A stretch of DNA of 60,650 nt, the filler included, from Porpidia crustulata (lineage: Eukaryota), in assembly GCA_964255105.1 (NCBI GenBank). It is 12 parts of 12 records of this genome, joined end to end, with 100 filler letters (N's around TTAATTAATTAA, not from the genome) between each part and the next. Parts side by side here need not be neighbours in the genome. Positions count along the whole stretch, not along the records: positions 25,375 to 30,333 come from CAXUWE010001947.1; positions 30,434 to 35,390 come from CAXUWE010001948.1; positions 35,491 to 40,447 come from CAXUWE010001949.1; 9 more parts are not named here. One strand, 5' to 3'. This document shows positions 25,559 to 38,223 of the stretch, piece by piece (positions within the stretch are counted from its first letter, which is position 1; every line of letters starts with the position of its first letter). The notes below the pieces were generated by a model that was not told where the DNA came from, did not search any database, and saw nothing but the letters and a program-made list of their open reading frames with translations. A program made the position numbers and the translations under genes.

Positions 25559-26657
25559 GATGTCGGTTCCTGTGGTCCCTTGCAGACGGAAGTATATGGT
25601 GGGCAATCCCAGCAATTTGTAGCTCGGAGCAGTAATGTGGTTTCCATGATGAAAGCATCGTCACTGCAGGCCCTGTGTGGATTTGTATGGATCTTGCATC
25701 TTGTTGCATTAACTACTGTACGTCAGTAGAATATCCAGCTATCCCCACGTGCAAGAATCAGATTTGGTTGTTGGAAAGCTTCGAAAGCGCCAAGCACTCA
25801 AGCAGGCCGTTTGCCCATAGAGCGGACGCCTCCAAATCTGCCCCACGCCGTGATTGGTCCAATGTCCCAAACGATGCAGCACGTTGTCGAGCTAGATCAG
25901 TATCGGCAGGTCCGTCGAACATGCCGAAAAGGAATACGCTCATCATAGTACTGTGACTGTCAGGTAATTCATACCTTAATAAACATCGTCTGTTATTCAC
26001 TGCATTCAACGCTTTACTTCACATCGGTTGTTGTAATTTCCCGAGGCTAGCGAGCACGTGCAGAGATTTGTACACAGGCACACAGGCCAGCGAGTGATCT
26101 GCCGCGCCGACAACAACTTGCAGACGGATGTCAGCATCACAAGTATCTGAAATCTCAATTCAGACATAATCGTGTGATTTTGCTGTACACATTCTGCAAT
26201 CACCAAGCTTGCCTGGCTGAAGCATCAAGTGAAAGCTGTAACAAAGAACCTCCAAAGACGAAATAGGTACTCAAAGGTGGAGATATCGTTGCCTTGATGA
26301 GATGCTAAAGTCACCCAAGAGGTCGTCGTTGTCAATGATGTCGGACAGTCGAAGCAGAGAGTCCATAACAATGTTCGAACACAAATTGTTGCATGATCGT
26401 CGCATTGTGGATGGACTTTCTAATCGTGTGTTAATGTCACTGCATATGTAGTGTATGCATATTTGAACATGAGAAGAACTTGACGTGAGGAGATTGAGTC
26501 GAGCTTCACACCGAGTTACCTTGAAAAACTACCTCTGGACAATCTCATTTGTCTGATCAGTGCAGATTGAGTTGACCGCAGGATTGAAGCAGGGATTTTC
26601 AGACTGATACGAACAAGCCTCCAGATCCCAAGTTACACTTGATAGAATTTTCCCTAC

Positions 26658-27059
26658 TTAATCTATGTCGTTGCTCAATAAACGCCGAGACCTAATCATA
26701 TTGACAGAATCCTGGAAGTTAACTTGAGGGTGGCCACAATCGCCATGGTTCTTTTGGGGCAGTTCTTTTTCTGATTTTGAGTCGTTCTGGGAACCAATTA
26801 CTGTCAAGAACCTCTGAGCTATTGCAGGACATGTTGAGAAGGATGAGTACTGCGGTGACGATGGCGAAGGCGGTAGGGAGTCGGTAGTCTCTGACATTTC
26901 TCTCGTTCCAAAGCTGCCATCCTCCGTCGAGAAGACCCATGAGGAAGAAAACTCATCCAGCCACTTTAAGCTGGGGCCAATAACCGCCATCCTGTACTTG
27001 AATTAACATCAATAGGACATCCTTAGATGATGTACGAGAGGATCAACTCACATAGCCAT
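26658..27059 (-). CDS. Possible small orphan protein or gene remnant (1 intron)
   Basis: ATGGCTAT|gtgagt...cag|G splices in frame into ORF 26658-26990. No recognisable homology. Confidence 0.3.
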
Positions 27060-27460
27060 ATTGACTTGTCTGTAGCGCGTAATGGATACTCTCTCCTTCG
27101 CTTCCGAATTCATCTATCCATCTTTTCTCTGGGAGTTCATAGAGAGCTGTGCCCTCCACTTTTATCTTCCTAGCTTTTTCATTGGCTGTATCTGTACGTC
27201 CCCAATTTTGAGAGAGGAGAAACTGGACCAGAAAGTTATGAACAGTATATTGGAAGTTGATACGTATAGTGGATTAGCAAAGGAACAGGTGCGGACGCAT
27301 TTGGTTTCGGGACCGATGGGCGTAACACTGGCACGGAAGCCGCCTTAAGAGGGCGTTTTGCCTAATATTCAAGTAAGCGTTTGGTGGTTATAGGAAAATC
27401 GTGACGTTGTTGGGAGGCACATTCTTCTCACGGACAATGGTGATAAGGGAAAGCCGGCAC

Positions 27461-27697
27461 CGCGGGGGGCAGAAAAATCCATACCGGAAAACTCGATCTC
27501 CACCAATATCAATCAGATTTGATGATTATTCCAAGGAGATATTTCGATGATTCGATATAGGCTGACAGTGTGTCGTTCATTTTCGGTTTTTGCGTTCATC
27601 TCAATTGACTTTGCAGCGTTCGGGTGATGCGTTCTATGGATACAGTTGTAAATTTGATGAGGATCGAGTTTTGCGGTGTGAATTTTTCCGCCCGGCG
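27461..27697. mobile_element. Degenerate MITE-like inverted-repeat element (about 235 bp)
   Basis: 40-bp arms at 27467-27506 and 27654-27693 match 33/40 as an inverted repeat. TA follows the right end, but the left TSD is not clear. Confidence 0.65.
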
Positions 27698-28119
27698 TAG
27701 CTGTGATTTCAGGATTCAAAAAGCTCAGCATCGGGAATGAAAGTGACATTCGATAATAAAGATGAGCGCAAACTATTAAGCTCGTTCCTGTTACGTTACG
27801 ATGTCAGAAGCTTTTGTTACTTGCGCGTTAATAAGAAATACGAATGTCAGAAATTTAATTATCTTCTAAGCATAGCGAGACCAAGTGGTGCACCCTTTGT
27901 GCTACCTTTATAGCAGCGCTGCTCATTCTCCCTAAAAAAAACGGCAATCCCCCCTCCCTGATTTTGGTGACTATATATGCTTCAGTCTCCACCGCCGGGC
28001 CCCAGCGCGAGACCCACCCCTGTCCCTCAGTGCCAAGTTGTAAGTTTGACAGTATTCTTCAGATTCAGTGTCGGAGAATTTAGTAGTTAAGAGCCTCTGA
28101 CGTTACTCCAATTTACCCC

Positions 28120-29675
28120 TCACCCGCTCAAGTCCACGCTCCCAGACCCAATCTGGAACGTCGACAATCCTTCTCCCTCCCCCTTCACACCCTTAATCGA
28201 TCTCCCGACAGTGCTCTTCTCATCCCTGACCAACTTCAGCCCATCCCAATCGATATGCATACTTCCCGTTGTTGTCTTGCCCTCGACGATGCCTTCCCAC
28301 TGCTTGGGGTAGCGCAAGCGTAGTGAAGCTGAGCCGGCGCGGTATGACGAGTAGAGTTTGCGCATAGGAGAAGTGGGATCAGCCAGAGCAGATTCGAGCG
28401 ATACGTCTATGCTCCCGCTTTTTGTATGCACATTCAAATCGGACCGGGAACTGCCTGGGCTATATGGCGAGAGGGACGTAGTAATTTGCCCAGAGTATGT
28501 CTGCATCGAGGTACGCTTGCCATGGACGAGCGTAGCATCAATAGACCCGCTATTGGAGTTAATGTCCGTTTCGTACGTACGATTTGGAAGGTCAGCAGAT
28601 AGGAAGGGGGTGCGGGCTGTGATCGAGCCTGAATTGGTCGTGATGCGGAGACGAGCAGGCTTTGGGGAGGATGAGGAAGCTTCTTTGGGTTCGATATTGG
28701 TATTGATGGAGCCTGAACTGCTAGAAATGGAGAGGAGATCGTCAAGGGAGTAGGTTCCTTGAATGGAGCCGGAGCCAGCATCAATAATCGTCTCGCGGGA
28801 TTTGAAGACTGCAAATTTACTATCGCTGGAAAGAGAACTAAATGGTGCGGTGATATGGCCTGACTGGGAGGAGATATTAGTGCGGTGGTGTATGGTGTAC
28901 TTGAGATTCGAATTGAAGTTGATAGATAAAGATTCAGTGGAAATGCCGAGAGTATCCATTGTCATGTCAATAGGAATCCAAATTGTTGCATTGATGAGCA
29001 TGTAGGTTTCCTTTCTTGAGGTGTCTAGAAGAAGAGGGCAATTGATCGTCAAAGCTGAATCTGTCGCGACTAACAGCTGTGGGTGTATCAAGAGAGCATC
29101 CGAGGCGAAGAAGTCTAGATGAACGGAGATGGCAGTTGGGTCGATGGACTGCCTGATGTTAACTTGTCCCTTCAAGTCGACACATTGCATCCTATTATAG
29201 CGGGCATTGTCGTTTCCACGCTGGATGAAGTTGAAGCTAGAAGGCTCATGGAATGTGAAGTTGGCCGAATGCTTATGGTTTCGATAGTCTTGGAATACAT
29301 CTGGATCAATGATCTGCGACAATGTCAGTAGAAGTGTTGGCTTAAATGTCTACGGACACAAAATAAATGATGAGCTAGGAGACAGCGAATGCAAAGTAGG
29401 CGTTCGGATACGAGCACATTTGCACAGGTATTCGATACAAATGCTTTTGTTCAACAAACCTTTTCATATTGCGTCCCATTCAGCGCGTTGATGATAGAAC
29501 AAACACCAAGTACAATGGCAGCCAATACAAGTACAAGTTGGACAATTGTCTTGCTGGCTTCGCCAACATTCTGCACAGACTTCTTCCTTGGGCGCTCTTT
29601 GCCATCTATTGCCTGAGGTTTACAGCTAAGGTCGTATCCTTGCTTGTCCTCGAAGCAACGTTCTGGAGAACTCAT
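28120..29675 (-). CDS. Type II membrane protein with adhesin-like (DUF4097-type) beta-solenoid repeats
   Basis: N-terminal TM segment IVQLVLVLAAIVLGVCSII. About 10 repeats of xxSGSI (SQSGHI, AGSGSI, SSSGSI, TNSGSI, SNSGSI, TYSGQI, TKSGSI, TTTGSM, IGSGSV). Splicing between 29322 and 29460 is unresolved. Confidence 0.75.
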
Positions 29676-30433
29676 CTTGTCAGCGTTTAAAGACAGAGCA
29701 ATTTGACTAAATGATGTGCTTCATCGTCATTCAGCGTTGTCGTGGTATTTTGCAAATCTTATATCTGTGACGTCAACGTGGCACAGCAGCTCCCCGCTTT
29801 CGTTCGTGTTCGATTAAACATTCCATAATGACCGAGAAGTAGTAAATTAGCCCTCTATAGATACGACGAGCCAGTAAAGTGATCGAATCGTCCTGCGCAA
29901 GCACATCCACCAATCCTTGAAGCGCCGAGATCACAAGAAGCAAGCCAAAACCACTAGTAATATCTACATTTCGAATAATAATGTCTACAGCTAAAGTGGT
30001 GAAGGAAGATTCAAGATGATTCATGGTGGTAGGCGAGAAATCTACCCCTGGCTCCCCAACCCGCCTCCCGAATCAGCCCCGTAGTTGCCAATACTACCAT
30101 ACTTGTCCTGAGGTTCAATATCCGGTGGGTTGAGATTGAATGGCATATACCACGTACTTGATTGTAGCTCACCCGTGTAGTGAGACTGAAGTGTTTGTTG
30201 CGGATAGTCCAGCGAAGCGTCCCACATCGAGGTCTGCGCTCGGTCAATGTAAGTCATTCCAGGGTCGAATTTGGTGTGAGGCAGAGACGAAAGGAGAGGG
30301 TAGGTCGACGGAAATGCCTGGGGGTTGTAGAGCNNNNNNNNNNNNNNNNNNNNNNNNNNNNNNNNNNNNNNNNNNNNTTAATTAATTAANNNNNNNNNNN
30401 NNNNNNNNNNNNNNNNNNNNNNNNNNNNNNNNN

Positions 30434-30593
30434 TGTCAAGGGTGGGGTGGGCGAGGCCAGAGGTATTGAGGGTGAACATGCTGGCGGATTCGAGGTATCC
30501 CGGCGAGGACCCAGCGAAGATGCAGAGCATGGAGAGGATGAAGGCGACGAAGACGAGGATGAGGGGAGCGATGGCGAGATAGTTGAATTTCAT
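30434..30593 (-). CDS. SUR7/PalI family membrane protein, 5' fragment
   Basis: MKFNYLAIAPLILVFVAFILSMLCIFAGSSPGYLESASMFTLNTS matches the LC.FAG...G.LE....LNTS start of this family. Confidence 0.8.
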
Positions 30594-31715
30594 ATTGGCG
30601 GTCGGGTCTTTGCGCAGCAAAGAGGCAAGTGAGTAGGTGGTGAGTGATCGAAGTTGAGGCTGTTATTTGGTGATGGTGCTTGGGATATCGCCAGGCCTGC
30701 TTGAGAGAGTTGAGAAGTAGATATGGTAGAAGGAGACCAAGGGAGTAGAAAACCCAATTTAGCAAAGAAACAAAGGAAAAGACAATGGAATACATGCCAG
30801 TATTATTTCACAGGGCAGACGATGCTTTATGAATCAATTCTTGTTCATGAGTTTGTTCGTTGCCGCTGGTGAATGGACAATGAGAGAGGAATGCACGACA
30901 AAGCATTCAATGCTGTGGGTGGCCTTGGCGCATCCAATCACAGTTTGTGGTATCTGAACAACTTCACAGAGGTTTCATAATGACCTTCAGACACGTTTCA
31001 CAGACACTGTAACAAATGGTTCGAACTTCTTTTTGTCGTTGGTCCATATCAACTTGCTTCCATAACAATGATCGCTGGTGAAGCGGCTAAAGTCTTGGCG
31101 GGCGAAGGGCCCAGCCCTTATTGGTTGAGAGTATCGCCAACTTCGGGCGACTAATGTTTTCGGTTTTCCTCACTCATATTTTCTTCAACTTATCCCAAGC
31201 ACATTCTTCAAGGTGAAATACACAAGTTTCTTGTAGCGTCGGGATTTTTTTTCTGACCACTTCAAACTGCTGCGCGTCATCTCTGCACAATGGAGCTTTC
31301 TTTTTACGTCCATTCTCTGATAGCCTGAGTACTCTCAATGTGTTCAGGAAGGGTCCAAAGAGTTCCGAGTTAGTGACCTCACGTACCAATCCCAGTAGAT
31401 AGTCTTATTACGAGGATCGTTGCAAACTTAAGTCGGACGTTTTATGTTGGCGTTTCGAGTGGGAGACCAGCCGGATAAGGTTGGGTTCTTCGAGAAGGCT
31501 TCCTAAGGTCTTCTGAGGTAATAGTCAGTCGCTAGTAAAGACCGAAATCCTCTATTCCATGCGTGTCCTGTGTGGTACCTCAGTACATCTTTCTGACTGT
31601 ATGTGAGTTACTGATGAAGTCGAGCTGTCGTCCACATTCCAGAGAACTGGTGTGCGAACCTTAGTCATGGGAATGTAGGAAGAGCCCTGATTTTTTTCTT
31701 CGGTATTCCAGCATA

Positions 31716-32642
31716 CTAGCGCCACTTCGCTCCAAACATGGTGAATCCCGACTTGCTCTTTGGGGCTGTTACGTCGGCGTTCTCGAGGTAGATTCTGTCG
31801 TGACCTAGGCAATGTGAGCATGAGCCTGATAGATGGTTTCTTGATCGCATACCTTTGACGTCAAGTGCAAGATATTTGTACTCAAAGTCTGATTGCCCTG
31901 GTCTCTTAATTAAATGCAGATTGACGACCCCGGATCGCAGTGGGCCTTCTACCTGCACATACGGTAACCATCAGACACAAAAGCAGGAAATCATATTCGG
32001 AGTTTATTTACATTGAAATGCATCAAGAAATGCTCAATGCCGTCTGCGCCCTTGCGCGTGGTTGATCTAGATGTATCTCAGCAAAGTTCCTGATGAGACA
32101 AACCAGGGTGTCCTGGAAGCACATACGCGATAGGCCTCGCTCTTGCCCATTTGTTGGATGTTGGTTCTCCAAATGCTCGAATCTTCTTGCTCTCCCCAAG
32201 TACGTTCGCTACCCGAGGGTCGCTCTTGATTTTGTCTACAGCGCGGTTGAAATGGCTTGTCTTACTTTCCGTAGAGAATACCTCCTTGTAAAGAAAATAT
32301 ACAACGCCACCCTATCAAGTATGAGCTCAACTCTTCGGCTTGTGGTCAAAGTCTTACTGTCATGACAAACCCCAGCAATATCAATCCGAAGTTGAATGTT
32401 TGTTGTGTAGTCCTAGCGGCTTTCTCCCTGCGACTGAGATCTTTCCATTGCACTCTACCATCATCATTGACAACCGTTATCTGTTTCCGGGATGGCGTAG
32501 TTGATCGTCCAAGGGAGTTGTGTGTAGCATATAATCTTTGATATGAAACATTTTTAAAGGCGTAGAATGGCCAATTTCCATAAACGTACGCATTCGAAGA
32601 GCATATCCTAGTGAGAACACCTGGTCCAATATGTATCCTCAT
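31716..32642 (-). CDS. TIM21: Mitochondrial import inner membrane translocase subunit Tim21, 4 introns
   Basis: Presequence, then ITVVNDDGRVQWKDLSRREKAARTTQQTFN, a TM segment, FNRAVDKIKSDPR, AFGEPTSNKWARARPIA, MHFNVEGP, YKYLALDVKGHDRIYLENAD. Confidence 0.92.
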
Positions 32643-32909
32643 GTTGATATCGTGGACGTTGCACACTGATACACATCGGTACGTTGAGCTTGTCTTGGTG
32701 GGGAACCTTGCTTGGGAACAGTTGGTTCCAAAATTACTAGCTGTAATTTTGTGCGAAGGCCACTTCAGTATGGTTCATCATGCCAATCCAGCGTCTTGCC
32801 CCCCACTGAATTCACAAATTGGAGTATTCTTATTCCTGTCTGACCGATTTTGCTCTTGCCCGAACTTAATCTTTCCATTGCCCTGGTCCATTCTTCTGCG
32901 CTCAGCACC

Positions 32910-34662
32910 ATGAGTTCCGCAACCAAAGTTGAATCCCAAAAGATATTTGAGAAACTCAAGACGAAGCCTGCAAATAAGGTCAGGCGCATTCATGGTTGAG
33001 CATGGAGTCATGGCTGAATAAATCTAGGTGTGCTTTGATTGTGGCACGAAGAATCCTACTTGGTCCTCTGTCCCATTTGGCATCTACATATGTATTGACT
33101 GCTCGTCAAAGCACCGCAATCTCGGCGTGCACATTTCTTTCGTCAGATCTACCAACCTTGACCGTACGGGATAGCTTCTAGCCCAGTCTATGAGTAGCTT
33201 CACTAACTGGTCTAAATTTCAGAATGGCAATGGGAGCAACTACGAGTCATGAAGGTTGGCGGGAATGAGTCCGCAACAAAATTCTTCCAGTCGCACGGCG
33301 GAACTGCAGCTCTAGCAAACAAAGACCTTAACACAAAATACACTTCAAACGCTGCTACCAAATACAAAGACGAGTTGAAGAAAAGAGCTACCGCCGACGC
33401 TCGGGAGTGAGTGCCGCAAAGCATTTATACAACTTTTGACTAAGCAATGATAGGTACCCCGAAGAAGTTGTTATCACCGACATTACCGCTCCATCCTCTA
33501 CCGTTGGTACTTCTACTCCCTCTGGAGAACCGAGTGACGACTTCTTCTCATCCTGGGACAAACCTTCGATCAAACGACCTAGCAACCCTCCGTCAAGAAC
33601 TCAGACCCCCCCTGTAGTAAGCAGGACGGCTTCACCATTTCTCAATCCAGGCACAAACGGAAATGGTGTGACAAGACCCAAATCGCCTCTTGCTGGATCT
33701 GAGAGTGACTCGTCACAAGCAAATCCTCGCGCCTCTCGTGCGGTGCCTTCTGCAGCAATTCGGAAAACAGCTACATCAGGTGCTCCTCGGAAAGCAAACG
33801 TACTAGGCGCAAAGAAGGGGCAAAAGCTTGGTGCGAAGAAAATTGGAGGGGGTGATGCCGTAGATTTTGAGGCAGCAGAAAAGAAGGCAAAGGAAGAAGC
33901 GAAACGTATAGCGAAGCTCGGCTACGATCCTGAAGCCGAAGAGGTGGCGGCAGAATCGAAGAGCAAAGTTTCGGCTGTGACCGAGAAAACCAAGATTGTC
34001 GCTCCTACCCCCTTAAGTCCAAGTAGAGCCAACTTTGGGGCAACAAAGGGACCAGAGCACAGCGCAGGCGACATGGAAAGGCTTGGCATGGGAGTAGGAA
34101 GACTTGGATTTGGACAGGTCGGAGCAGCCAAGGCCGCAGCACCAGCGCCAAAAAAGATGGGCTTTGGTTCCACTGGGGCGAGCAAAGCAACGCAAGATGG
34201 TATGCCACTACAATCATCTCAATGACTTTACACTGACTAGTCAAAGCGGATGAAGAGAAGTATGCGCGATCTAAGTTTGGTGCCCAGAAAGGGATATCGT
34301 CCGACGAATTCTTTGGTCGCAACAGTTTTGACCCCAATGCGCAATCGGAAGCAAAATCCCGATTACAAGGCTTTGAAGGCGCAACTTCGATTTCCAGTAA
34401 CGCATATTTCGGCCGGCCAGAAGATGACATCCCCCAAGCGGACGAGTATGGCAACTACGGGGATCTGGAGGGTGCTGCAAGAGATTTCGTTCGGAAATTT
34501 GGGGTCACTGCTGGTGATGATTTGGACAATCTATCAGCGGCACTTGGTGAGGGAGCGAGTAAACTACAAGGCTAGTGCTCCCAACTCGTAAAGTCCAGGT
34601 CCTGATTCCGTAATTGCTAAAATTTCGCTGTAGGAGCAATACGAAGCTACCTCAACAGCTAA
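32910..34662 (+). CDS. GLO3: ARF GTPase-activating protein (Glo3/ArfGAP2-3 type), 5 introns
   Basis: [44 protein letters not shown] zinc finger, MKVGGN, KLGAKK, and Glo3 motifs [10 protein letters not shown] and [10 protein letters not shown]. Ends GAIRSYLNS. Confidence 0.96.
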
Positions 34663-35952
34663 GCTGGATTTGGAATGCTTTGATATCTTACGAGAGAAAA
34701 TGATAGGCGCGAGGCGGTGTCCTCTCTTAATTGGGAGGCTTACATTCTATACAACCTATCAGGCTGTTCTATGCGTTATACTATGTTAACATTCTTAGCG
34801 TTGAGGGGCATTTTGCATCAAGCAGTTGCTATTTGGTGATAGAGGTTGAAAGACATAGAAAGTCGTTGCTCGAATCCTGAGAGACTTTGTGCGTTTCGAA
34901 GACTTGGCCTGCTTATTCCTCTTTACTGATCTCAACGGCTGCGTCGTTTCAGGATTGCACTGGATAAAGGAACCTGACCGGGCAAAGATAAGGAACGTGA
35001 GTGTAAGTTGCTCTTCTGTGACATTTCTCTACTATTGTATCCCTGATCAGTGATTTCAGTTATGCCAGAAACCTTCTTCTTACCATGCGCTACGATTTAT
35101 GCCCGGTCTATATGGGACTCACACCCCAGTTATCCCAATCCCCTGCTCCGAGACGTATACACGTCTAATACTAACATGTCAGGCAACATGTTTAACTTTT
35201 CCTTCCTACTTCCAGATTTCCAATGACTCCCAAATCCAGCGCAAGATGCACAGAAAGCGAAAACTTCCAATACCCAAAATCCCCATCAATAGACCTTCGG
35301 CCCACGGGCTGTATTCATGTTTTACACCTCTTCGCTACAGCTTCATCCCCCCCCCTTTCATTCCCATCTCCTCACTCCTCACTCCCCACTNNNNNNNNNN
35401 NNNNNNNNNNNNNNNNNNNNNNNNNNNNNNNNNNTTAATTAATTAANNNNNNNNNNNNNNNNNNNNNNNNNNNNNNNNNNNNNNNNNNNNGAATACTATC
35501 TACGTACCCGGGAAATCCTTAGGATATGATCAACCATCTCTCGTACGCCACAAAGAATCGCGACTCAGGATGATGTCCATGGCGGTGTACGGGCTCACGT
35601 ATCATAGATCGTATATACAATAATTGCTACGATTAAAGGAATAAAGCAAGACTGCAGCAGAACTTTTCGAGAAATCGATCAAATCTTGTGGTATATTTTT
35701 TTCCCCTTAAAGTTGTGTGATATAATTCGTTGAGGAATACATTTTCCCATATCTGTGAGGATATATCAAAGAATTTAAGTCAGGGTACGTGGCGGAACTC
35801 GCACTTCCATAAACGGGGCGTCCTCGGAGCGCTAGAAATGTTTCCACATCCGACATTTTATAGTAGCGCTGAGACCAGCAAACATCTAGATTCCTCTAAT
35901 ATTCCTACACAAAAGCTCCTACAAAAAAGCAAAACGCCCGTCAGTACCGCTC

Positions 35953-37810
35953 TCAAGTCTCCGTGACCTTGCACTTCCACCCCGACTCCTGGCTCAACAA
36001 CGGCAGACTATTCACAACATCAGTAAAAAGCCCCCCCATAACCAAAAGCTTCAGCCGGGGAACAAAAACCCGAACGAACGGGGCTCACATACCTAGCACC
36101 CAAACACCACCCCAGCTCGTTATCCTTGATCTTCTTGGCAATCTTCACCTCGCGCGAAATCGGCATCTCGTAGCCCGTGTGCAGCAGCGCCATCATGAAA
36201 TTGAGGTCCAGGCAGTACTCTGGGCGATCCGCCAGCTCGGCGAGCGCGCCCTTGACGCTCTCGAAAACGCCCCAGGCGCTGGCGCCGTCGCACACCTTTG
36301 CGGTCGTGTCGCGGAGCTCGCGGATGGAAAAGGACTCGGGCATGCCGAGCGGCTCGGTGCGGTCGTAGAAGTAGCTGAAGATGTAGACGTCCTCGGCCGC
36401 GAAGGTTTTCTCCAGCGATGGCTGGTGTACGCCTTTGAAGGAGCACGGCGCCAGGTTGCACGTCGCGTCTTTCTGGAGTATTTTCTCGGCCAGGGCGCGA
36501 CATTGCGCGGGGCTTCCGTATTCCGGGCCCGTCATGTTGGCGGTGACTTTCGTCCCGTCGTGGAGGGTGACGTTGACTTCGCGGCTCATACCCGGCGCGA
36601 TACAAGGGTTGTGGACCGGTTTCGACTTCCATGAAGGGTCGTCTGGGAAAGCGTCGTGCTTGGCCTGAGCGACAAGCTCATGGATGGATTCACGAGCTGC
36701 CATGAGACCGTAGCCGAGATGAGAATGCTGGTAGAGCTCAAAGGTACGACCACCGAAGTTCAGACTGTATTTGTGATCTCCCTCCTCAAGTTTCTCAGGC
36801 ATGCCTTTTGATGGGCTTTTAAAGGTCGGTTCAAAGACAATCTGGGTCGAGCCCCCTCCGAGATCAAACACAGCTGCTGTGGGGGATTTGTCGGGGCCTC
36901 CAATTTTGCCAAGAAGGTAATTCGTGGTGATCCACGCGTAGACACCTTCGTCCTTGCCGTCCATGACCTCGACCCCTCCATTTTCCTCCGACACTACTGG
37001 AAATGGGTAGAAGGTCTCAAGGCGCATGCGCACAGCTTTGAGAATAGCTTGACTCATCTCGTCACCCAATTTTCTCAGCCCAGCGGTAGCCTTTACAGCT
37101 ACCGGAGAACACCCTTTGAGCTGATCCGGTACAATCGCCATAGCTACATCCATCAATGTGTCTAAGCTTTTTGCTGCGCCATCGGTATCACTTGCGTATG
37201 AACTCAAGCCCGAACCCCCTTCCCTTTTCTCGGTCATCTTGAACTCCTCATGCTCAAGTTCTGGCGAAGCTCCGCAATTATTAAATCGGTAAACATGTAT
37301 ACGTGAGCCAGTACTACCAGCATCAATTATCAAGGCATATTGTATCAAGGGTTTGTCTAGAGAAGAGGACTTCAAGCACTTTGTCGTCCCAAGCGGCCCC
37401 GGATCCGAGGTTCCGGGAGTGACAGGTTTTGGACGTCCATGAGCTGGAATGGTATGGTCAGCTAAGAATCCACAATGCTAGTGGTAAAGCCTACTCTTGA
37501 CAAAATCTGTGACCCTAGGTCCATCATTTGGTGAAAATATATACAACAACAGCACAATAAACGCAATGATCCCTCCAGTCTTCAGGTATCTTATCCGCGA
37601 AGATGGCGTCATCCACGCCTCCTTGATGCCCTCCACGACGCCGGTAGATTGACTTGTCCGACCGTTATTCCTGCGCCTATCTTCTTTCTCGTGCGGATCG
37701 TGGCTCTGGTTCGGTTTCGGTAATGATATTGACCGTCTGCGAGGCGATGAGCTGAAGCTGATATAGGACCACAAGTTGGGGCGTCGGCGGGCATCCAGGG
37801 CTGTTGACAT
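35953..37810 (-). CDS. GDA1: Golgi guanosine diphosphatase (GDA1/CD39 family), 2 introns
   Basis: Single TM; apyrase conserved regions IDAGSTGSR, KATAGLR, GKDEGVYAWITTNYL, DLGGGSTQ, GWCLGAS. Last exon LPLLSQESGWKCKVTET-TGA. Confidence 0.96.
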
Positions 37811-38223
37811 AGGAAAGAACGTCAGAAGCGGTCGCTGAAGAAAGCAGCGTCCTGACTAACGGACACTGCTTGCTCGGCCACCGGCGGATATGAAAAGAGG
37901 GTGGCGGCCACGCCGTGACGACTATTCCAAGTATGCTTTTGCCTCGCTGTAAGAAGAGAAGTAACGAGTGAGTTATAATTCTGTTCTCTTGTAGTCGGTA
38001 GCAAATGTGAACGATCAATACTCGTAGGTGGGCTTGTTTCGTTATCGCGTGGTGGCCCCTTGAGTAAGAATTTATTTCGGCAAACCAGATCCCTGCTGCC
38101 GATCTTAAATTCTACCGAGAAGGAGCGCGGCGAGGATTTCGCATAGCTGTCAGCAGCTTCAAAGTTTTGATATCAGTCAACGCATCTGTCTCATCCCTAC
38201 TTTGGTCACTCACCGTCTCAAAT

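Noticed and set aside
31018..31028. GGTTCGAACTT B-box-like motif
   Set aside because: No T-stem, A box or cloverleaf around it.
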